This document shows, piece after piece, positions 9,475-19,600 of a stretch of 52,250 nucleotides of DNA. Under the pieces are notes generated by a model. That model worked only from the letters and a program-made list of their open reading frames with translations. It was not told where the DNA came from and did not search any database. Both the position numbers and the translations under genes were made by a program. How positions within the stretch are numbered: position 1 is the first letter of the stretch; every line of letters begins with the position of its first letter. Origin of the DNA: a virus (Duplodnaviria; Caudoviricetes); the IMG/VR virus record IMGVR_UViG_3300037961_002566, positions 1 to 52,250 of that record. One strand, written 5' to 3'.

Positions 9475-10032
9475 ATGGGCAAGAGAAGTAATTTTGTCAG
9501 GTTTGACAGAGACTATTATACAACTCCAGTAGAGGGAGTTACACCTTTGTTACCGCATATAATGGGAAAGATACAAAGATTTGCAGAGCCGTGTGCAGGT
9601 AATGGTGCTTTGATAGATCACATAGAGGGGCATGACTTTTTTTCTCTTGAAAAAAACAATCCTGTTTGTGTTTACGCATCAGACATAGAGCCACAACGAA
9701 AAGACATAATTAAGAAAAATGCCCTTAAATTAACTAGGAATGATGCAGTAGGAGCAGAAGTGTTTATAACAAACCCACCTTGGGATAGAAGCATACTTCA
9801 TCCTTTAATATTTCATTTAACAGCCTTTAAACCAACGTGGCTTTTGTTTGACGCTGATTGGATGCATACTAAACAAAGCTCTATTTTTCAGAAAATGTTG
9901 AAGAAAGTAGTAAGTGTTGGTAGAATCAAATGGATTAAAGACAGTAAAAGCACAGGCAAAGATAATTGTTGTTGGTATTTGTTTGATAAATATTTTGATG
10001 GGAACACAGAATTTTATGGAAGAATAGAATGA
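9475..10032 (+). CDS. Small DNA amino-methyltransferase (N6-adenine-like)
   Basis: DYYTTP, SAM-binding FAEPCAGNG, catalytic ITNPPW. Confidence 0.75.
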   Translation: MGKRSNFVRFDRDYYTTPVEGVTPLLPHIMGKIQRFAEPCAGNGALIDHIEGHDFFSLEKNNPVCVYASDIEPQRKDIIKKNALKLTRNDAVGAEVFITNPPWDRSILHPLIFHLTAFKPTWLLFDADWMHTKQSSIFQKMLKKVVSVGRIKWIKDSKSTGKDNCCWYLFDKYFDGNTEFYGRIE

Positions 10033-10370
10033 AACAAAAGAAATTAGAAAAAGGTTCTGTGTGGGAAAAAGCTGATGCAAACGGTGATGGTGTGGTCACA
10101 GATCAAGAGATGGCTATGCGAGAGCGTATGGTTCTTTTGGAAAATAGAGACAAAAAAGAGGATCAACAAAGACACCTTGTTTGGTTTTCAGCATTAACGG
10201 TTACAGCTTTTATAGTTGTGTTGATGACACCATTAGTTCCTGTTGATAGAATTTCGCACCTTTCAGGAATCGCTGAAATTTGGGTATTATCTAACATGGG
10301 CGTTTTGGCGAGTTTTATAGGATTTAATCAGCTTGCAAAAAGAGGAGCAAAAGATGACAACAAGAGCTAA
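10029..10370 (+). CDS. Membrane protein with EF-hand-like loop
   Basis: DANGDGVVTDQE loop followed by two hydrophobic segments. Confidence 0.65.
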   Translation: MKQKKLEKGSVWEKADANGDGVVTDQEMAMRERMVLLENRDKKEDQQRHLVWFSALTVTAFIVVLMTPLVPVDRISHLSGIAEIWVLSNMGVLASFIGFNQLAKRGAKDDNKS

Positions 10371-10644
10371 GAAAACTATTAAGAAAGTAGCTAGTAAGCT
10401 TACTAAAGCTAGTAAAGCACACGCAGGACAAGCAAAAGCATTGTCTGCAATTAAGTTAAAAAAAGGCGGTAAGGCAAAATCTAGAGTAAACGAAGCAGGC
10501 AACTATACAAAACCAGAGATGAGAAAAAGAATGTTTTCAGCAATAAAAGCAGGTTCTAAGGGGGGCAAGCCTGGTCAGTGGTCTGCTAGAAAAGCACAAC
10601 TACTAGCATCTCGTTACAAGAAAGCAGGTGGTGGTTATCGCTAA
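10354..10644 (+). CDS. Small basic protein (DUF5872-like N-terminal part)
   Basis: Start moved to ATG 10354 (GAGGAG RBS). NYTKPEMR...GSKGGKPGQWSARKAQLLA..YKKAGGGY; family name from memory. Confidence 0.6.
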   Translation: MTTRAKKTIKKVASKLTKASKAHAGQAKALSAIKLKKGGKAKSRVNEAGNYTKPEMRKRMFSAIKAGSKGGKPGQWSARKAQLLASRYKKAGGGYR

Positions 10645-10957
10645 AGACCCAAAAATAGGAACAGGAAAGAAACCAAAAGGTTCTGGAAGGAGGCTATATA
10701 CAGATGAAAACCCCAAAGATACAGTCACTATTAAATTTGCCACTGTGGCAGATGCCCAAGCAACTGCTCGTAAGGTTAAACGTGTTAATAAGCCGTTTGC
10801 TAGGAAAATACAAATCCTCACCGTCCTTGAGCAAAGAGCCAAAGTTGCAGGAAAAAACAAACAAGCCCAAATCGCAAAGAGGGCGAAAGAAGAAATCAGA
10901 GCCAAGCATAGAGGAAATCAAGCAACAGCTAAAACCAAAAAAAAGAGGAAGACCTAG
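10628..10957 (+). CDS. Small basic hypothetical protein
   Basis: KDPKIGTGKKPKGSGRRLYTDENPKDTV; Lys/Arg-rich; overlaps the previous stop. Confidence 0.65.
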   Translation: MVVIAKDPKIGTGKKPKGSGRRLYTDENPKDTVTIKFATVADAQATARKVKRVNKPFARKIQILTVLEQRAKVAGKNKQAQIAKRAKEEIRAKHRGNQATAKTKKKRKT

Positions 10958-10962
10958 AAAAA

Positions 10963-11196
10963 ATGAAGGAAAGTCAAAAAAGTCTTAAACGGTGGACGCA
11001 ACAGAAATGGCGAACAAAATCAGGTAAGAAGTCTGGTAAAACAGGAGAGCGTTATTTACCAGAAGCCGCTATCAAAGCGTTGTCACCACAGGAATACGCA
11101 GCCACAACAAGAGCTAAACGCAAAGGCACAAAGCAAGGCAAGCAGTTTGTTAAGCAACCTAAGAGCATAGCTAAGAAAGTCAGGAAGTATAGATAA
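10963..11196 (+). CDS. Small basic protein (DUF5872-like C-terminal part)
   Basis: QKSLKRWTQQKWRTKSGK...RYLPEAAIKALS..EYAATTRAKR...QFVKQP. Confidence 0.6.
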   Translation: MKESQKSLKRWTQQKWRTKSGKKSGKTGERYLPEAAIKALSPQEYAATTRAKRKGTKQGKQFVKQPKSIAKKVRKYR

Positions 11197-11591
11197 TGTT
11201 ACAGAACTTGATAGGACCTGTTACAGGTCTGTTAGATAAATTTATAGAGGACAAAGATCAAAAGGCAGCTCTCGCCCATGAGATAGCCACTATGAGCCAG
11301 AAACACGCTCAAGAACTAAGTCTTGCTCAAATAGAAGTAAACAAGGCTGAAGCACAGTCAGGGTCACTGTTTAAGGGCGGTTGGCGACCAGCAGTTGGGT
11401 GGGTCTGTGCGATTGCCTTCCTATATCATTTTCTCTTAAAAGACATAATTATATTCGTATGTGCATTTGCAGGTGTAGAAGTGCCAGACCTACCAGAGTT
11501 TGACATGAGTACGTTGCTTACAGTTCTAGGTGGTATGTTAGGAATTGGTGGACTACGCACATACGAAAAGCAAAAAGGATTAACAAAATGA
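11196..11591 (+). CDS. Holin (3TM, GTA-holin-like)
   Basis: EVNKAEA...F..GWRPAVGWVC...LGGMLGIGGLRTYEK; upstream of the endolysin. Confidence 0.85.
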   Translation: MLQNLIGPVTGLLDKFIEDKDQKAALAHEIATMSQKHAQELSLAQIEVNKAEAQSGSLFKGGWRPAVGWVCAIAFLYHFLLKDIIIFVCAFAGVEVPDLPEFDMSTLLTVLGGMLGIGGLRTYEKQKGLTK

Positions 11592-11755
11592 ATTGTTGGC
11601 ATTGTAATAAAGAGTTAATATGGGGTGGTGACCATGATATTGAAGACAATGAAGAATATACAATGGTTACAAATTTATCCTGTCCACAATGTAATTCCTA
11701 TGTGGAAGTTTATCTTCCAAAGGATAAAAAGAATAATAACGCCACCATCAATTAG
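11588..11755 (+). CDS. Zinc-ribbon protein (55 aa; not in ORF track)
   Basis: Hand translation MNCWHCNKELIWGGDHDIEDNEEYTMVTNLSCPQCNSYVEVYLPKDKKNNNATIN*. Two CxxC pairs; ATGA overlap with the holin stop. Confidence 0.8.
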   Translation: MNCWHCNKELIWGGDHDIEDNEEYTMVTNLSCPQCNSYVEVYLPKDKKNNNATIN

Positions 11756-11909
11756 ATGTGATGTCTGTGGTCACGATATGGAAAACGTAGAGGGAAGTAT
11801 GCGTTGTAAATACTGTCAATACTTCTATGATATGAACAAAGAGTGGATAGATTTTGTTCACAAGAGATCGACTATAATAAAAAAGGAGGAGGAAGACGAT
11901 GGAAGATAA
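11700..11909 (+). CDS. Second zinc-ribbon protein
   Basis: CDVC...CKYC. Start probably at ATG 11700 or later rather than 11625, because the upstream part overlaps the 11588 gene. Confidence 0.55.
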   Translation: MWKFIFQRIKRIITPPSIRCDVCGHDMENVEGSMRCKYCQYFYDMNKEWIDFVHKRSTIIKKEEEDDGR

Positions 11910-12423
11910 TTATCACGATAGTTTAATAGCATTACTGCATCACGAAGGGGGATATGTAAATCACCCAAAAGACCCTGGCGGTGAAACTAATTTGGGAGTT
12001 ACTAAGAGAGTTTACGAGGAGTATCTGGGCAGAGAGGTTACTAGTGACGAGATGAAGAACCTTCAGCCATCAGATGTAAAGCCATTATACAAAAAACTAT
12101 ACTGGGATCGCTGTAAATGTGATGATTTACCTAGTGGTCTTGATTGGGCGGTTTTCGATTGGGCTGTTAATAGTGGTACAGGTAGAGCCGCTAAAGCAGT
12201 GCAAAAGATATGCGGTGCAGCTCAAGATGGAGCCATAGGACCTAAGACATTAGCCTTAGTAAACGGTCAGAACACAGAGTACATGATAGAGGAATTGGGT
12301 AAGATACGACAAGAGTTCTATGAATCTCTTAAAACATTTGATACATTTGGTAAAGGTTGGACAAGACGTAATAAAGAAACGACTGAGAAAGCCTTAATAA
12401 TGGTTGAGGAAGATGACGACTAA
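11899..12423 (+). CDS. Endolysin, glycoside hydrolase family 108 with peptidoglycan-binding domain
   Basis: HEGGYVNHPKDPGGETNLGVT, FDWAVNSG, DGAIGPKTL, FGKGWTRR. Confidence 0.9.
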   Translation: MEDNYHDSLIALLHHEGGYVNHPKDPGGETNLGVTKRVYEEYLGREVTSDEMKNLQPSDVKPLYKKLYWDRCKCDDLPSGLDWAVFDWAVNSGTGRAAKAVQKICGAAQDGAIGPKTLALVNGQNTEYMIEELGKIRQEFYESLKTFDTFGKGWTRRNKETTEKALIMVEEDDD

Positions 12424-12721
12424 AAAAGACCCAAGGTTAGCTAGAGCAGGGGTTAGTGGGTATAACAAACCTAAACGAACCCCTAATCACCCCAAGAAAT
12501 CACATATCGTGGTTGCAAAAGAGGGTGACAAAGTAAAAACCATACGCTTTGGTCAGCAGGGTAAGAAAGTTGGCACTGTAAAAGGCACAGCAGGCAAGCC
12601 TAAAGCAGGTGAATCTCAGAGAATGAAGAATAAACGCAAAAGTTTTAAGGCTAGACATGGTAAAAACATTGCCAAAGGCAAGATGTCAGCCGCATATTGG
12701 GCAGATAAAGTCAAATGGTAA
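12413..12721 (+). CDS. Small basic hypothetical protein
   Basis: ATG 12413 with GAGGA RBS; KTIRFGQQG...RKSFKARH...SAAYWA motif. Confidence 0.7.
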   Translation: MTTKKDPRLARAGVSGYNKPKRTPNHPKKSHIVVAKEGDKVKTIRFGQQGKKVGTVKGTAGKPKAGESQRMKNKRKSFKARHGKNIAKGKMSAAYWADKVKW

Positions 12722-12760
12722 AAGGCATAAAATTCTTTTTATTCTTTAATTTATTCTATT

Positions 12761-12790
12761 TTGAACTTTTAGCTTACGAATTTATATGAT
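12761..12790 (+). promoter_or_regulatory. Putative sigma70-type promoter for the ejection-protein operon
   Basis: TTGAAC-N18-TATGAT in an AT-rich intergenic gap, immediately followed by the palindrome. Confidence 0.45.
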
Positions 12791-12810
12791 AAAAGTACTA
12801 TAGTACTTTT
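12791..12810. promoter_or_regulatory. 20-bp palindromic motif, perfect copy
   Basis: AAAAGTACTATAGTACTTTT is a perfect inverted repeat. Confidence 0.85.
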
Positions 12811-12822
12811 GAAAGGTTATGA

Positions 12823-14130
12823 ATGGCACTTCCTTTAATTTTAGGTCTACTAGGGTCAACGCTTGGAACAACAGGGGCGTTGGGTACAGCTATAGGGGCT
12901 ATAGGGGGTGGAGCTTTAGGCTCTGGTATCGGTAGATTTTTAGAGACAGGCGATTTAGAAGAGGGTTTAAAGACAGGAGCTACTAGTCTTATAGGGGGTA
13001 AAGCACTAGGTGCAGTCTTTGGAGGTATGGGAGGTCAAGCAGCTACAGAAGGGGCAAAAGCAGTTCCCACGTTTGGTCAAGCAATAGCTCAAGACCCAAC
13101 TAAAACATTTGGTAGTTCTTTAATGCAGGTAGCACAAAACCCTATAACACAAGGACAGGCTATTCTGGCACAAGGTACAGTGCCACCACCTATGCCAAAG
13201 AAACCAGACCCTGTAGAGTTTGAGAACAGGCAGGCAGGCATACCAAGAAACGTAGATAGAAGACCTCCATCAGACTACAGACCAGGCTATGATGGTGAGT
13301 TTGACTACGGTATAACACCTAACTTTGGTGTTGGCTTGATGAGTGAAGATGATCCAAGATATATGAATATGGGAGGACTGGTTGGTCTTTTGGGCAATCA
13401 AAAAGTACAAGACGCTTTAAGTAATGTTGTGGGCATTTCTTTAAATCCTGCCATGCAAAGAGAAGCTAATAAGCTAATGACTGGAGAATTTACTCCAGAG
13501 GGCTACTCGCCATTAACTATGGCAGATGTAGGAATGAAAGAGGGTGGAGAGTTAAAACCAATACCAGAGGGTAACAAAGGCTTACCGAACCTACCTAAAG
13601 ATGTAAGAAACAAAATGGGTTTTATGCAAGAGGGCGGTGTGGCAGAGATCATGGCTCCTAATGTGGAAGACTCAAAAGAACTACAAACAATAATAATAAG
13701 GGCAGCCAGAGCGTTGCAAGGTGCTACAGAAAACCCAGAGAAAGATATTCAAGTGTTTGTTGAGAAGTTCGGTATGCAGGCACTAAACGATCTACGACAG
13801 AGGGTAGCGTCTGGAGAACTTAGTTTTGGTAGAGATGGTGGCATTAGAGGTATGATTAGTGGCGAAGGTGATGGTATGAGTGACTCTATAGAAGCAGAGA
13901 TAGTAGAGAGTGCAGGAGACCCATCAGGATCAGGAAGACCGCTACAGGTTGCTAACAACGAGTATGTTGTGGCAGCAGACGTAGTGTCAGACATAGGTAA
14001 CGGATCATCAGAAGCAGGAGCAGCGAAGCTAGATAGACTAATGAAAGATGTAAGATTAGCAAGGCATGGCACAACAGAACAACCTGATGAGAAAGATATG
14101 ATGAGTGTTATGAAAAAGGCAATATCATGA
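12823..14130 (+). CDS. Putative DNA ejection/internal virion protein
   Basis: Gly/Ala-rich hydrophobic N-terminus; several xxGG motifs; GDGMSDSI...EYVVAADVVSDIGNGSSEAGA. Confidence 0.6.
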   Translation: MALPLILGLLGSTLGTTGALGTAIGAIGGGALGSGIGRFLETGDLEEGLKTGATSLIGGKALGAVFGGMGGQAATEGAKAVPTFGQAIAQDPTKTFGSSLMQVAQNPITQGQAILAQGTVPPPMPKKPDPVEFENRQAGIPRNVDRRPPSDYRPGYDGEFDYGITPNFGVGLMSEDDPRYMNMGGLVGLLGNQKVQDALSNVVGISLNPAMQREANKLMTGEFTPEGYSPLTMADVGMKEGGELKPIPEGNKGLPNLPKDVRNKMGFMQEGGVAEIMAPNVEDSKELQTIIIRAARALQGATENPEKDIQVFVEKFGMQALNDLRQRVASGELSFGRDGGIRGMISGEGDGMSDSIEAEIVESAGDPSGSGRPLQVANNEYVVAADVVSDIGNGSSEAGAAKLDRLMKDVRLARHGTTEQPDEKDMMSVMKKAIS

Positions 14131-14543
14131 TGTTTAGTGCCGTACCAAAGCAAGTTATAGATATTGTGTGGGATGATGTAGTCAAAGTATTAAAGCCTGC
14201 TGTGGATACAGCAAAAGGTAAGCTAGGTATAAATGACATAAAAGATTATTTGTCTAAGGGTTTGTATGAATTATGGGTTGTTATGGACGGAACAAAGATT
14301 ATAGCAGCAATTACAACTAGGATTATAGAGTATCCAGAGCGTAGAGCATTGGCGATGGATTTTATAGGTGGTACTAGAATGAAAGAGTGGTTACCAGAAG
14401 CTCAAAGTACCATAGTACAATTTGCAAATGACAACAATTGCAGTCATCTAGAGGGCTACGGTAGAAAAGCGTGGAGTAGATGGTTAAAAAAGTATGGTTG
14501 GAAGCCAGATTACATAGCATACAGGATGGAAATAAATGGGTAA
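14127..14543 (+). CDS. GNAT-like protein
   Basis: FIGG..MKEW...FA..NNCSHLEGYGRKAW.R; GNAT-like genes commonly sit among podovirus ejection genes. Confidence 0.55.
   Translation: MMFSAVPKQVIDIVWDDVVKVLKPAVDTAKGKLGINDIKDYLSKGLYELWVVMDGTKIIAAITTRIIEYPERRALAMDFIGGTRMKEWLPEAQSTIVQFANDNNCSHLEGYGRKAWSRWLKKYGWKPDYIAYRMEING
14403..14422. promoter_or_regulatory. Palindromic motif copy (intragenic)
   Basis: CAAAGTACCATAGTACAATT; core intact, flanks degenerate. Confidence 0.6.
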
Positions 14544-15426
14544 AGGATCAGCACCTACAGAGACAAAGTCAACGGTTACGCAAACTAACCTGCCAGAGTA
14601 TGTACGTCCATATTTTGAAAGACTTTTGCAAAGAACAGAGGCAGAGTCACAAAGACCCTATCAGCCTTTTGAGGGTCAAAGGATTGCGGATGTTAGTCAA
14701 GATTTATTAACATCAGAAGATAGAATTAGAGGTATTGCAGACCAAGGTTTGCCTGGCATGACAGATGCTATGGATCGTGTAAGGCAAGGAATGGATTTTA
14801 AGGCTCGTCAGTTTACAGGTGATGAGGTTAGCAAGTATATGTCGCCTTATATGGATCAGGTTGTAGCAAGACAAAAGCAGTCAGCTATAGATGATTACAG
14901 ACAGCAACTAGCAGGTGGTAGGGCTGACGCTATATCCGCAGGAGCATTTGGGGGTTCTAGAGAAGGTGTACAGAGAGCATTAGGAGAAGAAGCTTTATAT
15001 GATAGACTAGCCGATATAGATGCTACAGGAAGACAAAGAGCGTTTGATCAAGCAACAAGCGCATTCCAAGCCGATAGAGCGGCGGATGTAGACGCTGAGA
15101 GAATAGGTTTAGGTGCTGCAGGAAACTTGGCAGGTCTATCAGAGAGAGCAAGAGCAGGAGATGTAGAGGCAGCCAGATTGTTGGAAACTATAGGTAAGGC
15201 AGGTATGTCTAGAGACCAAGCAGGATTAGACTTAGCTTATAGTGATTTTAACAGACAGAGAGCGTATCCACAGGAGAAGCTTGGATTGTTTTCATCTGTT
15301 CTTAGAGGTATACCAGTGCAACCATCTACAACCGCAACACAATATGAGCCTTTTGATCCACTAGGTAGAGCATTAGGGTATGGTCTTACAGCACTAGGTG
15401 CATCTAGATACGGAAGAAGAATGTAA
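14536..15426 (+). CDS. DNA ejection protein
   Basis: MGKGS..T.T.S, YMSPY..QVV, AGAFGGSR; Q/A-rich helical; hydrophobic C-terminus. Confidence 0.65.
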   Translation: MGKGSAPTETKSTVTQTNLPEYVRPYFERLLQRTEAESQRPYQPFEGQRIADVSQDLLTSEDRIRGIADQGLPGMTDAMDRVRQGMDFKARQFTGDEVSKYMSPYMDQVVARQKQSAIDDYRQQLAGGRADAISAGAFGGSREGVQRALGEEALYDRLADIDATGRQRAFDQATSAFQADRAADVDAERIGLGAAGNLAGLSERARAGDVEAARLLETIGKAGMSRDQAGLDLAYSDFNRQRAYPQEKLGLFSSVLRGIPVQPSTTATQYEPFDPLGRALGYGLTALGASRYGRRM

Positions 15427-16664
15427 TGCTTAATATTTTACAGATAGAAGATCGTTTAAAAGATATGTCACAAGATGCTGTTATGGAAGCATTAAATAAC
15501 CCTAACCCTGTTATACCTCCTTTTATGGCTTTAGCTGAACTCAACAGGCGTAAAAGAATGAATGATGATTTAGCGATGAGGCAGGCACAAAATCAACAGA
15601 CAGTTAAAGATCAGGTAATAGCAGGGGCAGGTATGCCTATGGAAATGGCATCAGACATGGCTACAGCTATGGCTCCTAAATCAGATATAGCAGGTAATAC
15701 AGGATTAGAAGCAATGATGCAGAGCAACACTCTGCCATCAGAATATAATGATGATATAGCCATGATGGACACAGAGTTTGAAGATGAGCCTATGGAGATG
15801 GCATCAGGCGGTCTTGTTGCAGGGGGTATGAACAAAGCAGGTGCAGGAGCATTTTTAAGAGGATTAACTTCTTTTTTAAAGCCAAAGCCAAGTCCATCAA
15901 CAGGCACGAGTTTAGTGCCTAAAAGCACAGAGGTCGGACCTTACCTAGGTCCGAAAAAACCACCTAGTTTTAATGCTAAAGACCTAATGAGAAAGACAGG
16001 TATATTAGGGCTTGGTGGTTTATTTGCAGGCGATGATGATGAGGAGGATGAAATAGGTCCTGAACAAGGTCCTCCGTTTATGGAGCCAGAAGAGGATGAT
16101 AATCCAGTAGTTGATCCTGATCCAGACCCAACATATGCTCCAAGTTATATACCACAGCTTATGAAACAGTTGCAGGAAGATAGAGAAGCACTAAGAGCAG
16201 GTAGAGATCAGGACATGGGTCTAGCATTAATGACCGCAGGATTAAACATAGCAGACAGAGGTCAGCTATCAGCAGGTGTTGCAGGTGTAGAACAACTAGC
16301 ACAGGCTAATCAAGCATACAGAGAGAACCTCAGAAACCTATCTGGTCTAGGTGTACAGGCAGGTGTAGCAGGAGATACATTAATGCAGAAAGCAATGCAG
16401 GCTAGAATGAGCTACGACAAGTCCATAGAGCTTGCTAAGATGCTAGGAGCAGGAGATTTGATAAAAGGTATCGGAACAATAGGTGATCAGTTGGCTTTAA
16501 TAGAGCAGTCAATACAACTTGGTGTAGATGAAAACGAAATGCCCTTGTCACCAGAAAAAACAGCAATGCTAAATGCAAAGAAAGATGCTCTATCAGAAAT
16601 TTACAGTATGTTGATAGCAAGGACACAAGGAGAACTTGGTAAAAACGTGATTGCGAGTCCGTAA
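15426..16664 (+). CDS. DNA ejection/internal virion protein
   Basis: ALAELNRRKRM N-terminal motif and MASGGLV; coupled to the giant gene. Confidence 0.55.
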   Translation: MLNILQIEDRLKDMSQDAVMEALNNPNPVIPPFMALAELNRRKRMNDDLAMRQAQNQQTVKDQVIAGAGMPMEMASDMATAMAPKSDIAGNTGLEAMMQSNTLPSEYNDDIAMMDTEFEDEPMEMASGGLVAGGMNKAGAGAFLRGLTSFLKPKPSPSTGTSLVPKSTEVGPYLGPKKPPSFNAKDLMRKTGILGLGGLFAGDDDEEDEIGPEQGPPFMEPEEDDNPVVDPDPDPTYAPSYIPQLMKQLQEDREALRAGRDQDMGLALMTAGLNIADRGQLSAGVAGVEQLAQANQAYRENLRNLSGLGVQAGVAGDTLMQKAMQARMSYDKSIELAKMLGAGDLIKGIGTIGDQLALIEQSIQLGVDENEMPLSPEKTAMLNAKKDALSEIYSMLIARTQGELGKNVIASP

Positions 16665-19600
16665 TGCCGTTAAAGTTAATTAGAAGCCCTGTGACTGGAG
16701 AATACTATCCAGTAAATATTGCAGGTGATACACCCACACCAGAAGAAAAAGAAAGAATAAGGCAATATCTTCTTATGAAAGAAAGAGAAGTGCCTGCCGT
16801 TCAAGAGGAGATACAGAAGAACTACGCTCCTAAATCTGGTTTTGGTGCTTTAGGTGTAGGTGTAGATCAGGCAAAACATCTTGGTTTAAGCTTCCTGCAA
16901 GGCGTGAATAGGATGGTGGGCGATGACGAAGATGCTGACGAATATCAAGAAATGCTAAATAAATTAGGCAGAAAGATACGTCAGGAAAGTGCAGGATTAC
17001 AGAAATTTAAAGAGATAGACAGCATTGGTGATGCGGCTCGATTTGCAGGTGAAACAATCTTGCAAACAATACCATCTACAGCCGTAGCTCTAACAGGTGC
17101 TGCAGCAGGTGTAGCAACATTACCTTTTTCAGGAACAGTATTGGGTGTTGGTGTAAGCGGTGCGTTGGGTGGTGCAGCAGCAAGTCTACCTTTATTTATG
17201 GGTGGAAATAGAGAAGCACAAAAAGAAAGTTTAAGAAGACAAGGTAAACCAGTAGAAGTCGATGAAGGGGCTGCGTTCTTTACTGCCTTACCCCAAGCAT
17301 TACTAGAATCTTGGGGAACAATTTTCATAACATCTATAAAAAAAGCAGGATTAAAAGTAAATCCACAGGCTTTTGAGAGCGGTGGTCTGTTTACTAGATT
17401 AGTGGATAAAGCTACAGGCACAGCACCAAGACGGATAGGTGGTGCTATCGGTACAGGTGCAGTAGCAGAATCAGTAACAGAAGTAGGGCAGTTGCTATTA
17501 GAAAGAAAGCAAGCAGGTATGTCTATAGATTTTAATAACCCAGAGGTATTAGACCAGGTGATAGAGGCAGCCGTAGCAGGGGGTCTAGTTGGTGGTGTGT
17601 TCAAAGGCGGTGTTACAGGCGTTAGTGAGTTTAGCGAAAGAAAGAAGAAAGCAGACAAGCAAACAGAGCTAAACAATGACCTAGAAGAAGAGTATAGACA
17701 AAATGTGGAAATGCAAAAAAATGCACAGCAATCATTTACAAATAACCCTGCATTACTTATGGCGGAAGAAGGATCACCGATCACCGATGGTCTTACCAAA
17801 GCAGGAGATGTACTGGCATCAGAAACGAGAGAGCCTAGACCTGTAAGACCAGACGAGCTAACAGCAAAACAATTAGCAGTCATAAGAAATGAGAGAACAA
17901 AGAAGGGTGTATCTCTGGATGAAACGCAGTTTCCTATTACACTAGAGGAGATAAGAGCAACGCTAGGACCTAGAGAAGCAAGGAGACTAGCATCAAAACA
18001 AGGCATACCAGTAAAAGATATTAACACTGCTACAGTTAATAAGTTTAGCTATGATCAATATAAGAAAGTATTAGAAAGCATCAGAAAAAATAAAGACAGA
18101 GATTTTTCTGAAAACAAAATTAACGCAATCATACAAAAGGCAACAGGATTTAAGTCAGGAGAACTGACACAAGCTATAAGAAACGAGCTTGTTGGTAGAG
18201 GTCATTTAAGAGCTACACAGGATCGTGCTTACCGAATGGAGACAGGTATGTCTATCCCTGTTGGTGAGGTCGAGTTCCAGAAAGCCAGAGAGTTTACAGA
18301 GGGAAGACTAGCAAAAGAATCCAAACAGCTAGACGACAGAATAATAGAAGCAGAAAAGCAACTAGAGACAGGTCAGGTAGAGGGCAGAAAAGAAAGAGGT
18401 AAGAAAAGATTTACCATGCCAACTCTGGCACAACAGTTACAGGACAAGATAGAGCTAGCTAACAAGCTAGAAACTATGAAGGACAATGTTACAGAGTCTG
18501 TAGTGCCTGCCATAAACAAACTTATAAAACCCTACATAGCAAACAAGACAGTCAAGCCTTTCAAGACACCGCTAGATGTGTTCAAGGGCATAAATACAAT
18601 ATTAGGTAGTGCTACAAGCAATAACACAAGAGGTGTACCCTATGGTCTTAGAAAAGAGATAAGAGACCTACAGGAAGAAGTTGCAAGAACAGAAAGAGGT
18701 ATAGAAGCAGATAAGCAAGCACATATGTTCTTACAGACAAGTGATTTTAGTGCTGACAATGTGAAGTTTGGAATGCGAGGGTCAACTCAAGCTAATGATC
18801 CAGAGATGTTGTTTGCAAGACAAAGACAAAAAGAAGAACAACTAAGAAGAAAAGAACAAGAATTAGAAACAGAGCAAGCGACCGCAAGAGAGTTAAAGAA
18901 AAACGTCAGAGTTCTAGCAGATCAAGAAGCATACGAAAAACAAGTAGATAAAATTAAAGGTATTCAAGAAGAAATACAAAAACTAAAAAGAGATGCAAAA
19001 GAGCTAGAAGACATTAGAAGGAAGCCAACAGCTAGTGTCACGCAAAATCAAGGTCAGAACCAATCAAACCAGATGAATGCCACAGCTAATCTGGGTGCAA
19101 AAAATCCTTTTGTTAATGAGTATCAACAGAACCTAAATGAGGTAGGCGATAGATTAAGAAGCTATCTAAAAGATGATCTAAAGCTAAACCCAGACAGGGT
19201 AGAGCTTATAACAAAGAACTACATACAGAAAGATGGCTTTGTCTTTGGTCAGGAACAGAGAGCAGGACACAACAAGAGAGCTATAACCCTAGCCATGCAG
19301 TTGTTTGATCGTGATACGATTGCTGATCCTACAAAGCAAGACATGATCCTAGACAGGATTAAAGGTACGCTAAATCACGAAGTGCTACACTCTCTCAGAG
19401 CGTTAGGATTGTTTACAGAACAGGAGTTCCAAACTCTTGTAAAGGCAGCCAACACAAGAAAGAAAGTCCTATGGCGTGAGGGCAAGGTTGTAGAAAGACA
19501 GTATACATATCTCGACAGAGTAAAAAGAATATACAGAAGAGATAGATTTCCTGACATGGACGAGAAAGCTTTCAACGACATGGTGCAGGAAGAGGCAGTG

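Noticed and set aside
10939-10945. A-AAA-AAG -1 frameshift fusing the 10628 and 10963 ORFs
   Set aside because: The -1 frame is open, but such runs are expected in Lys-rich genes and no stimulatory structure is evident.
16981-18027. 348-aa antisense ORF and other long opposite-strand ORFs (e.g. 27625-28179, 13749-14153, 46029-46430)
   Set aside because: Shadows of real genes caused by codon bias; no RBS or motifs.
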